Part shown: positions 1 to 9,656 of the stretch, piece by piece
Position numbering within the stretch: the first letter of the stretch is position 1
Layout of the letters: each line of letters begins with the position of its first letter
Assembly (NCBI GenBank): GCA_963727625.1
Contig: CAVSHR010000004.1
Location: 384,001 to 448,000, forward strand
DNA length: 64,000 nucleotides
Direction of reading: 5' to 3'
Origin: an uncultured delta proteobacterium
GTDB lineage: Bacteria; Desulfobacterota; Binatia; UBA9968
Made by a program: the position numbers and the translations under genes
Notes under the pieces: generated by a model
Seen by the model: the letters and a program-made list of their open reading frames with translations, nothing else
Told to the model about the DNA's origin: nothing
Database searches by the model: none

Positions 1-776
1 ATGCGGATTTCGTCCTCGATCTTTTTCGGGTAGTGGGTGCGAATCTGCATGTCGAAGCGGTCTTTAAGCGGCGTGATAATTCGGCCGCGACTGGTGTAAT
101 CCTCCGGATTGGCGCTGGCGACAATGACCACGTCCAGCGGCAAACGGATTTTGTAGCCCTTGATTTGAACGTCTTTCTCTTCCATCAAGTTGAATAGACC
201 GACCTGTACCTTTTCGGTCAAATCGGGCAACTCATTGATGGCAAAGATGCCGCGGTTGGTGCGTGGCACCAGCCCGTAGTGAATGGTTTCTTCGTCGGCG
301 AGATAACGCCCTTCGGCGACTTTGATGGGGTCGATCTCGCCGACCAGATCGGCAATCGACACATCCGGGGTCGCCAGCTTTTCACCGTACCGGCTGTCGC
401 GATCGATCCACTGAAGCGGCAATGCATCGCCCAGCTCCGCCGCCTTCTTGCGGCAGGCGCGGCAGATCGGCTGAAGCGGGTTGTCGTTGATCTCGCAGCC
501 GTCGACGATGGGAATGCGTTCGTCAAGCAGGCTGGTCAAGCCGCGAATGATGCGCGATTTCCCCTGGCCGCGCTCGCCGAGGAAAACCATGTGGTGGCCC
601 GAGAGAATGGCATTTTCGATTTCCGGTATGACGGTATCATCGTAGCCGAGGATACCGGGTAAAATGCGCTCCCCTTTTTCCAGAAGATGGACCAGATTTT
701 TGCGCATCTCATCCCGCACCGATAAAACCGCATGGCCGCTTTTTTTGAGTTCCCCGAGTGTTTTTGCCTCGCTCAC
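1..776 (-). CDS. Magnesium chelatase subunit I-like AAA+ ATPase (3' end runs off the window)
   Basis: Not in the ORF track. Hand translation from GTG at 776 (GGAGG SD upstream): Walker A GERGQGKS, RYGEKLATPD, GIFAINELPDL, VASANPEDYTSRGRIITPLKDRF. Confidence 0.85.
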   Translation of the reverse strand, partial: MSEAKTLGELKKSGHAVLSVRDEMRKNLVHLLEKGERILPGILGYDDTVIPEIENAILSGHHMVFLGERGQGKSRIIRGLTSLLDERIPIVDGCEINDNPLQPICRACRKKAAELGDALPLQWIDRDSRYGEKLATPDVSIADLVGEIDPIKVAEGRYLADEETIHYGLVPRTNRGIFAINELPDLTEKVQVGLFNLMEEKDVQIKGYKIRLPLDVVIVASANPEDYTSRGRIITPLKDRFDMQIRTHYPKKIEDEIR

Positions 777-883
777 TGGCTATGGCCTCCTCTTTAGAAA
801 ATTTGCGAGCCGTCGCTACCAACCCGCCCCTTGCCCAGGATATCTTGAGTTTAGAAGAGTAACATGTTTTTTCGTTCAGCGCA

Positions 884-1378
884 TTATGCGTATAGTTTTT
901 GGAAGTGGGGCTGTAACCGATCGTAGCTGTCAAGCAGATGCTGCGGCATCACGCGGGTCTCAGCGATCACCGGCATGAAGTTGGTGTCGCCTTCCCAACG
1001 CGGCACGATATGCCAATGGAGATGGTCTTCAATCCCCGCGCCGGCGCACTTGCCTAAATTCATACCGATATTGACGCCGGCCGGATTGAAAACTTCGCGA
1101 ACGACTTGAATGGAGCGGCGCAGCGTTTCGTTGAGATCGAGATATTGTTCCACCGACAGGTTGGCAAGATTATTTTCGTGACGCTTGGGAGCAATCAACA
1201 AATGGCCGTTGTTGTAGGGATATTTGTTGAGCATCACAACCGTATGGCTCGTTTGGGTCATGACCAGCGCGTCCCTGAGGTCCTGGCTTTGGAACTTCGT
1301 GCAAAAAATGCAGCGTTCTTCCTTGGAGCCATCCTCGATATACGCCATGCGCCAAGGGGCCCAGAGCTGCCTCATCAA
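884..1378 (-). CDS. HIT family hydrolase/nucleotidyltransferase (Ap4A phosphorylase-like)
   Basis: LWAPWR N-terminus, CxxC, NKYPYNNGH, HLHWHIVPRW HIT motif. Confidence 0.9.
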   Translation of the reverse strand: MMRQLWAPWRMAYIEDGSKEERCIFCTKFQSQDLRDALVMTQTSHTVVMLNKYPYNNGHLLIAPKRHENNLANLSVEQYLDLNETLRRSIQVVREVFNPAGVNIGMNLGKCAGAGIEDHLHWHIVPRWEGDTNFMPVIAETRVMPQHLLDSYDRLQPHFQKLYA

Positions 1379-1686
1379 TCCTCTCCGCTATCGGTAGGAT
1401 CGAAGGGTTTGCCGTCCACGCGCAAGCGTAACTCTTTGCCGACTTTGAAGAACGGCACCTTCTTGGCCGCCACCGACACCAAGGCGCCGCTCTTGGGGTT
1501 ACGGCCTTGTCGCGCTCGGCGGTGCTTCACGACGAAACTTCCGAAGCCGCGGATTTCAATCCGATCTCCCGTCGCCAGCGCCTCCACCATGGAGTCGAAT
1601 ATGGCGTTGATGATCACTTCCGAATCTCGCCGCGAAAGATGAGGAAAGCGCTTGTTGACCTCATCGATCAAGTCCCGTTTTGTCAT
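1375..1686 (-). CDS. ihfB: Integration host factor beta subunit
   Basis: MTKRDLI...RIEIRGFGSF...GRNPKSG...PFFKVGKELR; follows rpsA-sppA. Start taken at ATG 1686. Confidence 0.9.
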   Translation of the reverse strand: MTKRDLIDEVNKRFPHLSRRDSEVIINAIFDSMVEALATGDRIEIRGFGSFVVKHRRARQGRNPKSGALVSVAAKKVPFFKVGKELRLRVDGKPFDPTDSGED

Positions 1687-1751
1687 AGCTTCACCCTCGC
1701 AACACAAAAAATATTTTAAATTCTTAAGGAAACAAACGGCGGCGCCGTGGA

Positions 1752-2651
1752 CTACTGGAGCAACGACGGCGACCACTCATAGCGCAGCCAGCCGCGCTGC
1801 CGCCCGGGTAGCCGGAGGCCGAAGATACCCATGAACATACGCTCCCACCAGCGTTCCTGTTCGGGGCGCGAGTAATACACTGCGGGCTCCCCCTCGAGGC
1901 CGGCGCGCTTGGCGGCAAGCTCGATGGCGTCCTGCAAACTCCCGAATTGATCGATCAACCCCAATTGTTTGGCCTGCGCGCCGGAGTAGATTCGTCCATC
2001 GGCGAGCTTTCGCACCTGACTCTCCTCCATACCACGCCCCTGGGCTACGGCCGCGACGAACTGACTGTGAACGTTGTCGACCAGCGACTGAAGGATCTCT
2101 CGTCCTTCGGCGGATAGCGGCTGAAAAGGGGAGCCGATGTCTTTGTTGGCGCCGCTCTTGATGTTGATCCCCTTGACGCCGATTTTTTTCATCAGCTCTT
2201 CAAAATTGCTGAGCTGCATGATCACGCCAATGGACCCGGTCAGCGTCCCCGGGTTGGCGACGATCTTGTCGCAGGCCGCGGCGATATAGTAACCGCCCGA
2301 AGCGGCCATGCCGCCCATCGAGGCGATGAACGGCTTACGCTTTTTAGAACGAATAATTTCTTCGAAGATTTCCTGGGTGGGCGCCACGGCGCCACCGGGA
2401 GAATCGATGCGCACCACGATCGCTTTCACCCACGGCATTTCTTTGAGCCGCTTTAGCTCCGCAAGCACGCTCTGCGAGTCGTCAATGGTGCCTTCGACCT
2501 GCAATACTCCGACACCGTCGCCGGAGAACAACGCCAGTGTTTTGGCGTCGCCACCGGTGATATAGGCATAGAAAAAGACGCCGGTGAAAACCACTAAGAT
2601 CATCACGAACAATACGCCCAGGCCGCGCAATATGGAAAATTTTCCAGCCAT
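1752..2651 (-). CDS. sppA: Signal peptide peptidase SppA (36K type)
   Basis: N-terminal TM segment, RIDSPGG, AASGGYY, TGSIGV, ADGRIYSG. Confidence 0.93.
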   Translation of the reverse strand: MAGKFSILRGLGVLFVMILVVFTGVFFYAYITGGDAKTLALFSGDGVGVLQVEGTIDDSQSVLAELKRLKEMPWVKAIVVRIDSPGGAVAPTQEIFEEIIRSKKRKPFIASMGGMAASGGYYIAAACDKIVANPGTLTGSIGVIMQLSNFEELMKKIGVKGINIKSGANKDIGSPFQPLSAEGREILQSLVDNVHSQFVAAVAQGRGMEESQVRKLADGRIYSGAQAKQLGLIDQFGSLQDAIELAAKRAGLEGEPAVYYSRPEQERWWERMFMGIFGLRLPGRQRGWLRYEWSPSLLQ

Positions 2652-2681
2652 AAAATCATCAGGAAAAACTAGCGATCGAGA

Positions 2682-4427
2682 TTAACCCCGTCCCTTGCGC
2701 CCGCCTTCATTGTCCTCATCGCGGTCCAGCCGGAGCTCGTCGCCGAGCAAAGACTCGAAGGAGAACCGGCCGCCTTCTTTCTCCCGCTTCAAGTAATTTT
2801 CCATCTCCACGCGCTCTTCGGTACGGCGCAGGGCGCGAACGCTGAGGCCGATCTTGCGATCGGCCGGGTCGATGCTCACCACCTCGGCTTCGACTTCGTC
2901 GCCGACCTTGAAGAGACTCGACGGTTTGTCGACCCGTTCGGTGCTTAACTGGGAGACGTGAATCAATCCTTCGACGCCTTCTTCGATACGTACGAAAACG
3001 CCGAAGTCCGGCAGGCTGGTTACCTGACCTTTGACTTTCGATCCCACCGGATGGCGGTCCGCCACGACTTTCCAGGGATCGGGCGCGAGCTGTTTGATAC
3101 CGAGAGAGAAGCGCTCGTTCTCGACGTTGATGCCGAGAACTTTCGCTTCGACGATATCGCCCTTCTTGTACAGCTCGGACGGATGCTTGACCTTCTTAGT
3201 CCAGTGCAAATCGGAAATATGCACCAGGCCGTCGATGCCTTCCTCGATGCCGACAAAGATACCAAAGTCGGTGATGTTGCGCACCGGGCCCTTGATCACG
3301 GTGCCCACTTGATATTTTTCCTTTGCCGCTTCCCATGGATTTGCCATGATCTGTTTAAGCCCGAGCGAGATCCGCCGATGCGACGCGTCGACGTTCAAGA
3401 CCACCACCTCGACTTGCTGACCAACCTGGAGAATCTTCGACGGATGGGTCACCTTGCGCGTCCAAGACATCTCGGAGATATGCACCAATCCTTCGATGCC
3501 GCTCTCCAATTCGACGAAGGCGCCGTAGTCCATCAAACTGATCACTTTGCCTTCGACGCGGGTTCCGACCGGATATTTCTCCGCCACGGTGTGCCAGGGA
3601 TCGGGCATCAGCTGTTTCATGCCGAGGGAGATGCGCTCCTTCTCGGCGTCGAACTTGAGCACCACGACTTTGATTTTTTCGCCCACCTGGACGATCTCGG
3701 ACGGATGATTGATTCGGCCCCAGGACATATCGCTGATGTGCAGGATACCGTCGATGCCGCCGAGATCAACGAAGGCGCCGTAGCCGGTGATGTTTTTGAC
3801 CGTGCCCTCGAGAATCACGCCTTCTTCGAGCACCTTCAGAATTTCTTGTTTTAGCGAATCGCGTTCTTTTTCCAGCAGCGCCCGGCGCGAGACCACGACG
3901 TTGCCGCGGGCGCGGTTAAACTTGAGGATCGCAAATCGGTCGGTTGTACCGATAAACCGATCGAGATTGCGGCTCGGACGAATATCCACGTGCGAGCCGG
4001 GAAGAAACGCCGGCACGCCGACATCGACCTTGAAACCGCCCTTTACCTTGCCGACGATATGTCCCTCGACGGCCCGCTCCTCGTTAAAGGCATTTTCGAG
4101 CTCTTCCCAAACCTTGAGGTTCTCGGCCCGTTGCCGCGACAGCACGATGCCCCCGCCTTCGGATTCCGAAGAGTCGAAAAATACGTCGACGTCGTCGCCG
4201 ACCTTAACTTGTACGTTCCCCTGGCGGTCGGTGAATTCTTGAATCGGAATCTGTCCTTCGGATTTATAACCGACATCGATGAGTACATGGGTCGCGGTGA
4301 TGCCGACCACTCTGCCCTTAACAACTCCGCCGGGTTTGACCGTGCGCAGGCTCTCCTCGAACATCGCCTCAAACTCGCTAGCGCCGCCTGCATTCGCGCC
4401 CTGCTTCCCTTCATCCTGTTCTGCCAT
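2682..4427 (-). CDS. rpsA: 30S ribosomal protein S1
   Basis: Tandem S1 repeats (YGAFVDLGGIDGILHISD, FGIFVGIEEGIDGLVHISDL); follows cmk. Confidence 0.97.
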   Translation of the reverse strand: MAEQDEGKQGANAGGASEFEAMFEESLRTVKPGGVVKGRVVGITATHVLIDVGYKSEGQIPIQEFTDRQGNVQVKVGDDVDVFFDSSESEGGGIVLSRQRAENLKVWEELENAFNEERAVEGHIVGKVKGGFKVDVGVPAFLPGSHVDIRPSRNLDRFIGTTDRFAILKFNRARGNVVVSRRALLEKERDSLKQEILKVLEEGVILEGTVKNITGYGAFVDLGGIDGILHISDMSWGRINHPSEIVQVGEKIKVVVLKFDAEKERISLGMKQLMPDPWHTVAEKYPVGTRVEGKVISLMDYGAFVELESGIEGLVHISEMSWTRKVTHPSKILQVGQQVEVVVLNVDASHRRISLGLKQIMANPWEAAKEKYQVGTVIKGPVRNITDFGIFVGIEEGIDGLVHISDLHWTKKVKHPSELYKKGDIVEAKVLGINVENERFSLGIKQLAPDPWKVVADRHPVGSKVKGQVTSLPDFGVFVRIEEGVEGLIHVSQLSTERVDKPSSLFKVGDEVEAEVVSIDPADRKIGLSVRALRRTEERVEMENYLKREKEGGRFSFESLLGDELRLDRDEDNEGGRKGRG

Positions 4428-4447
4428 GCAAACCAACTCCGATCTAT

Positions 4448-5170
4448 TTAATTTACTTGTCTCTTCTTTTGAATTGCCGCCAGCGCTCGGGCCGCAACTG
4501 CATCGGCGTCAACGCCCGATGAATCGATCATCAGGGCGTCCTCCGCTTTGCGCAGCGGCGCGATGTCGCGCTCGCTGTCGCGCCTGTCCCGTTCTTCGAT
4601 TTCGCGCATCGTCTCGGCCAAATCCACGGCGCGCCCAGCCGCCTTGATTTCGTCGTAACGGCGCCGGGCCCGCTCGCGCACCGAAGCGTCAAGAAAAATT
4701 TTGACCTCGGCTTGCGGAAATATCACGGTGCCGATATCCCGCCCCTCGGCGACCACGCTGCCGCGCCGCCCCATGGCGCGCTGCAAATCCAGCATGCGCC
4801 GCCGGACGGGCCGCAAAGCCGAAACTTTGGAGGCCATTTGGCTCACCTCCGGAGTGCGGATCTCGCCGGCCACGTCGCAGCCATCCAACGACACGACGAG
4901 ATTGCCTTGCTTCTCGGCTAAATCGATCTCTGTCACCCTTATCAATTCTGCCAACATCTCATCATCCGCCAAATCGACGCCTTCACGCAAGACCTTTAAA
5001 GCCAGGGCCCGATACATCGCCCCGGTGTCCAAATAAATGAAATTAAGCTCTTTGGCCAAGCGCTTTGCCAAGGTGCTCTTGCCGGCACCCGACGGCCCGT
5101 CGATGGCGATGATCAACCGCTCCCCCTTGTCGCGCCGACTATCCTCTGTCTCTGCACCTAATGCAAACAA
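4448..5170 (-). CDS. cmk: Cytidylate kinase
   Basis: IAIDGPSGAGKST, YLDTGAMYR, EGRDIGT, RDRRDSER; exact start uncertain. Confidence 0.95.
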   Translation of the reverse strand: MFALGAETEDSRRDKGERLIIAIDGPSGAGKSTLAKRLAKELNFIYLDTGAMYRALALKVLREGVDLADDEMLAELIRVTEIDLAEKQGNLVVSLDGCDVAGEIRTPEVSQMASKVSALRPVRRRMLDLQRAMGRRGSVVAEGRDIGTVIFPQAEVKIFLDASVRERARRRYDEIKAAGRAVDLAETMREIEERDRRDSERDIAPLRKAEDALMIDSSGVDADAVAARALAAIQKKRQVN

Positions 5171-6444
5171 ATTTCCGCCAGCAAATCAAAGAACACCGGA
5201 AACGAAATGTCAGCGCAGCTCGCGTCGTCAATCTCGACGCCGTTGGTGCTGACCAATCCGGCAATCGCAAACGACATCGCGACGCGATGGTCGGCGTAGC
5301 TTTTGACGGCGCCGCCTTTGAGCTTTTTGCCGCCGGTGATCGTCATACCGTCTTCGCGCGCCTCGACCTGTGATCCGATGGCGCGCAACCCTTCGGCCAT
5401 CGCCGCGATGCGGTCCGACTCTTTAAATCGCAGCTCCTGCACATCGGAAAACGTCGTCACGCCGTCGGCGACGGCGGCGGCGACGGACAGGATCGGATAC
5501 TCGTCGATAGTCCGCGCCACCATTTCGGAGCCGACGTTCACGCCGCACAAAGGACCGCCGGCCACGTGGATATCCACAACTCGCTCCCCCGCCTCAAACC
5601 GTTCGTTCTCCAATTCGATCGACGCGCCCATGCGTCTGAGAATTTCGATCACGCCGGCACGCGTCGGATTGCAGCCCACGCCGCGAATCAAAAGGTCCGA
5701 TCCGGGAACCATCGCCGCCGCGACCAAAAAAAATGCCGCTGATGAAATGTCGCCCGGGATACGCACCTCCCGACCCGCGAGCCGCTGGCCGCCGGTAATA
5801 TTTATCGTTAAGCCCTTCACGGAAATCTTACCACCGAAACCGTCGATCATGACTTCCGTATGGTCGCGCGATTGCTGCAACTCCTCGATGGTCGTTTGCC
5901 CTTCGGCTTGCAAGGCCGCGAGCAAGATCGCCGATTTTACCTGGGCGCTGGCAATCGGCATACGATAGCAAATGCCACACAAGTCGCCGCCGTCAATTTC
6001 CAGAGGCGCCAGTCCGCTGTCGCTCCGGCTCTTGATCCGCGCACCCATCCGGCTCAATGGATCGATCACCCTCTGCATGGGCCGTTGGCGCAGCGAGGCG
6101 TCGCCGTCCAATTCGCTGTGAAACGGCCGTCCCGCCATCAGGCCGGAGAGCAGGCGCATGGTCGTGCCTGAATTGCCGCAATCGATCGGCGCCGCCGTTC
6201 CGCGCAGTGCGTCCCAGCCCTTCCCCTCGACACGGAGCGCGTCGCCTTTGCGAAAAATTTCCACGCCCAGTTGGCGAAAGGCACGAACCGTGCGCGAGTT
6301 ATCATCGCCGCCGGAAAGATTGAAAATCCGGCTCGTACCCTGGGCCACGGCGGAAAAGATCACCGCCCGGTGGGCGATTGATTTATCCCCCGGCACGGCG
6401 ATCTCGCCCTTGAGCGGTTTATTGATCGGTTCGATCCGTTTCAT
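5158..6444 (-). CDS. aroA: 3-phosphoshikimate 1-carboxyvinyltransferase (EPSP synthase, class II type)
   Basis: PGDKSIAHR, CGNSGTTMRL, SAQVKSA, NPTR, KESDRI, DHRVAM. Confidence 0.96.
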   Translation of the reverse strand: MKRIEPINKPLKGEIAVPGDKSIAHRAVIFSAVAQGTSRIFNLSGGDDNSRTVRAFRQLGVEIFRKGDALRVEGKGWDALRGTAAPIDCGNSGTTMRLLSGLMAGRPFHSELDGDASLRQRPMQRVIDPLSRMGARIKSRSDSGLAPLEIDGGDLCGICYRMPIASAQVKSAILLAALQAEGQTTIEELQQSRDHTEVMIDGFGGKISVKGLTINITGGQRLAGREVRIPGDISSAAFFLVAAAMVPGSDLLIRGVGCNPTRAGVIEILRRMGASIELENERFEAGERVVDIHVAGGPLCGVNVGSEMVARTIDEYPILSVAAAVADGVTTFSDVQELRFKESDRIAAMAEGLRAIGSQVEAREDGMTITGGKKLKGGAVKSYADHRVAMSFAIAGLVSTNGVEIDDASCADISFPVFFDLLAEICLH

Positions 6445-6454
6445 CGAGCTGTCA

Positions 6455-7318
6455 TCAAGGAATCCGCTCGCGCAGTTCGTACGCGCGCGCAAATTCCTTC
6501 TCCAACGCCGCGCCCTTGCCGGCGCGGATCCAGCGATTGAGCTGCTCCAAGTATTTTATATAGTCGCCAAGGGAGCGACTCAGGGCGCGCCGATTCATCA
6601 AACAAATATCGCGCCAGAGCTCCGGCCGGCTCGACGCGATCCGGGTAAAATCTTTGAAACCGCCGGCGCAATATTTTTTGAGATCGATACCGCGCAGCGG
6701 CTGGCGCTCCAGGGCGTTGACCAGGGCATAAACCAACACATGGGGCAGATGGCTGATTACGCCGAGCACATGATCGTGCGCGTCCGGCGCCATCATCTCG
6801 ACTTCGGCGCCAACCTTGCGCCAGAGCGCGGCGATTTTGTTGAGCGCCTTGCGATCGGTTGTTTTCGTCGGCGTCAAAATACATCGATGGCCCAGAAACA
6901 GGTTGCGGCGCGCCGCCTGCGCGCCCCATTGCTCGCTGCCGGCGATCGGATGACCGGCGACAAAGGGAACGGTTTTCGGCAGCAACCGCTCCATGACGCG
7001 CACGATCTCGCCCTTGACGCTGCCCACATCGCTGATGATGCAACCGGCTTTTAGCTTGGGCAAAAATGCTTGGGTCAAAGGTGGGATAGCTTCCACCGGC
7101 GTGCCCATCATGAGAAAATCGACGTCGGCGGGAAACTCGTCCGGGTTAAGAAAATAACGGTCAATGATGCCTTTGCGCTTGGCCAAGCGCAGGTTGACTT
7201 CACCCCGTCCGTAGCCCACGATCTGCTTAGCTAACTTTTTGCGGCGCATATCGATGGCCAGGGAACCGCAAATCAGCCCGACTCCCGCCATCACAACCTT
7301 ATTAAACATCGCCGCCAT
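6455..7318 (-). CDS. tyrA: Prephenate/arogenate dehydrogenase
   Basis: GVGLICGS, DVGSVKG, GHPIAGSE, SHLPH, GGFKDFTRIASS. Confidence 0.93.
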   Translation of the reverse strand: MAAMFNKVVMAGVGLICGSLAIDMRRKKLAKQIVGYGRGEVNLRLAKRKGIIDRYFLNPDEFPADVDFLMMGTPVEAIPPLTQAFLPKLKAGCIISDVGSVKGEIVRVMERLLPKTVPFVAGHPIAGSEQWGAQAARRNLFLGHRCILTPTKTTDRKALNKIAALWRKVGAEVEMMAPDAHDHVLGVISHLPHVLVYALVNALERQPLRGIDLKKYCAGGFKDFTRIASSRPELWRDICLMNRRALSRSLGDYIKYLEQLNRWIRAGKGAALEKEFARAYELRERIP

Positions 7319-7342
7319 TAACTGTGCCTCTGCGCCTGCCCC

Positions 7343-8440
7343 TCAGCGCGATCGAATGACCTTCTTCAGCGCACCGATAAATTTACGGTTCTCCGCCATC
7401 GTGCCGACGGTCACGCGAACATGGTCGGGGAACCGATAACCGGCGGTGGGGCGCACGATGACGCCTTGGCCGAGCAGTTGTTTAAAGACCTCTTGGCCCT
7501 TGCCGACGCGCACTAAAACAAAATTGGCCTGGCTCGGCACAAATTCTAAATTGAGCCGCTTGAACTCGCCTTGGAGGTAATCGAGCCCCTGGCGGTTCAC
7601 TTCCAGGCTGTGCTGAACATGGTCGGTGTCGTCCAGCGCCGCCAGAGCGGCCCACTGAGCCGGTGCATTGACATTGAACGGTTGGCGCACCCGCTGCATC
7701 AGGCTGACGACCTCCTTGGAGGCCACACCGTAACCGATGCGCAGCCCTGCCAGGCCGTATAATTTGGAAAACGTGCGCAGGGTAAGGATCGCGCGATCAT
7801 TGGCATGGTAGCGCAGTGAGTCGGGATAGTCGGAGTCTTGGACATATTCGAAATAGGCCTCGTCGACGATCAGTAATACGTCCCGCGATACGCTGTCGAG
7901 AAAGCGCTCCCACTCGGCGCGCCTGTATATAGTTCCGGTGGGGTTGTTCGGATTGGCTAAAAATACGACGCGCGTGCGCTCGGACACCGCCTTGGCAAGG
8001 CCGGCGAGATCGTGCGTGAAATTTTTGAGCGGCACTGCCAGGCTCTTTCCGCCCACCGCCTGAATGATCAATTGATAGACAACGAAAGCTTGTTCGGCCA
8101 TCACCGCTTCGTCGCCCGGGCGCATGAAGGTCCGGGCCGCCAGCTCGATGATCTCGTTGGAACCGTTGCCGAAGATCAGATTTTCCGGCGCCACGCCGAG
8201 CTTTTGCGACAGCGCCCGTTTCAAGTAAAAGCAATCGCCGTCGGGATATAGATTCAGCTGTTCCAATTTTGCCCGGACCGCGGCCACCGCCTTGGGCGAT
8301 GGACCCAGGGGGTTTTCGTTGGATGCGAGCTTCACCGAGTTGGCAATACCGTACTCGCGCTCCACCTCCTCGATCGGTTTACCCGGTTCGTAGGGAATCA
8401 ACGAACTAATGTATTCTGGAACTTGCTCGACCGTTTTCAT
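7343..8440 (-). CDS. hisC: Histidinol-phosphate/aromatic aminotransferase
   Basis: KLASNENP, GNGSNE, NPNNPTG, DEAY, RTFSKLYGLAGLRIGY. Confidence 0.95.
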   Translation of the reverse strand: MKTVEQVPEYISSLIPYEPGKPIEEVEREYGIANSVKLASNENPLGPSPKAVAAVRAKLEQLNLYPDGDCFYLKRALSQKLGVAPENLIFGNGSNEIIELAARTFMRPGDEAVMAEQAFVVYQLIIQAVGGKSLAVPLKNFTHDLAGLAKAVSERTRVVFLANPNNPTGTIYRRAEWERFLDSVSRDVLLIVDEAYFEYVQDSDYPDSLRYHANDRAILTLRTFSKLYGLAGLRIGYGVASKEVVSLMQRVRQPFNVNAPAQWAALAALDDTDHVQHSLEVNRQGLDYLQGEFKRLNLEFVPSQANFVLVRVGKGQEVFKQLLGQGVIVRPTAGYRFPDHVRVTVGTMAENRKFIGALKKVIRSR

Positions 8441-9513
8441 TTACCGCTCGGATAGGAACCCATAATCTTTAGAAACGAACAGTTTTTCTCCAGGCCGGCG
8501 ATCGCCTTTTTCACCACGGACTGTTCGCGATGACCGCGCAGGTCGAGAAAGAACAGGTATTGCCATGGCTTGTTCTTGATCGGCCGCGATTCGATCTTGG
8601 ACAGATTGATCCGGCTGCGAGCGAAGGGCTGAAGCATGCGAAACAGCACTCCGGGTTTGTCCTGCACTGAAAAAACCAAAGACGTTTTATCGTCGCCGCT
8701 CGGCGGCGCGCTCATTTTACCAATAACCAAGAACCTGGTGATATTCGTGCTCTGGTCCTCGATGTTGGCCGCCACGACTTTGAGGTCGTAGACTTCCCGA
8801 GCCATAGCGCTCGCAACCGCCGCCAGCGACGGATCGGCTGCCGCCTGGATCGCCGCATGCGCCGTGCTCGCCACTTCTTCCACCGGTACCGACGGAAAAT
8901 GGTGTGTCAGCCAGTCGCGGCATTGGGCCAACGCCTGGGGATGGGAAATGATCCGCTTGACGTCTTTCGCCCGGCCCGAGCGTGATAATAGATTGTGATG
9001 AATCTCTTGATAAATCTCCGCGCTGATTCGCAGATCGGAATTGACCAGCTCGTCGAGCGTGTGCGCTACCGCGCCTTCGGTCGAATTCTCGATCGGCACG
9101 ACGCCGAAAGCGGCGCGTCCCTGCGCGACGTCCTGAAATACTTCGGCAATGCTCGCCGTCGGCCGCAAGTTGACTAATGAACCGAATTTCTCCCTGGCGG
9201 CCAGATGAGTGTAGGTCGCCTCAGCGCCGAAAAAAGACACATCGAGCGGCCCCTCGAGAGAGCGACAAGCGGATATGATTTCGCGAAAAACGGCGCGTAC
9301 GGCCGGAGCTGGGAGCGGTCCGCAATTTAGCTGGCAAGCACGCTCAAGAACGTCTTTTTCACGATGGGGAGCGTAAACCTCTTGCTTGCTTTGGCTCTTA
9401 AAATGGCCGATCCTCTGCGCCAGAGAAGCCCGGTCATTTAGAAGTTTGACGATTTGCGCATCAACTTGATCGATTTTTTTTCTTAGAACATCGACCGACT
9501 CATTACGACTCAA
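8437..9513 (-). CDS. pheA: Chorismate mutase/prephenate dehydratase (P-protein)
   Basis: N-terminal CM domain (LRKKIDQVD), PIENSTEG, SHPQALAQC, NITRF, ACT domain with IESRP. Confidence 0.95.
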   Translation of the reverse strand: MSRNESVDVLRKKIDQVDAQIVKLLNDRASLAQRIGHFKSQSKQEVYAPHREKDVLERACQLNCGPLPAPAVRAVFREIISACRSLEGPLDVSFFGAEATYTHLAAREKFGSLVNLRPTASIAEVFQDVAQGRAAFGVVPIENSTEGAVAHTLDELVNSDLRISAEIYQEIHHNLLSRSGRAKDVKRIISHPQALAQCRDWLTHHFPSVPVEEVASTAHAAIQAAADPSLAAVASAMAREVYDLKVVAANIEDQSTNITRFLVIGKMSAPPSGDDKTSLVFSVQDKPGVLFRMLQPFARSRINLSKIESRPIKNKPWQYLFFLDLRGHREQSVVKKAIAGLEKNCSFLKIMGSYPSGK

Positions 9514-9570
9514 TGATTACCTCGCCCGGCGCACACCAGTCAAGGCTCGATGCCTTGGCGCCGTCCACGT

Positions 9571-9599
9571 AAGCTATCTTAATCCTTGAACTATTGCAA
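9571..9599 (-). promoter_or_regulatory. Putative sigma70 promoter for the pheA operon
   Basis: Minus strand TTGCAA-N17-TAGCTT upstream of pheA. Confidence 0.5.
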
Positions 9600-9618
9600 A
9601 TAATACCGGCTTCAGGGG

Positions 9619-9648
9619 TTGACTCCGGCGGGAATGAGCCGTTATCAC
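9619..9648 (+). promoter_or_regulatory. Putative sigma70 promoter for the RluA-family gene
   Basis: TTGACT-N18-TATCAC, ending 8 nt before ATG 9657. Confidence 0.4.
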
Positions 9649-9656
9649 ACTGACAA

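Noticed and set aside
2900-3800. Recurring similar DNA segments within rpsA
   Set aside because: They are S1 domain repeats, not a CRISPR or repeat array.
2958-4451. Long antisense ORFs opposite rpsA (and similar ones opposite ubiD, rel, mutL, lpxD)
   Set aside because: These are shadow ORFs expected from GC-biased codon usage and show no recognisable motifs.
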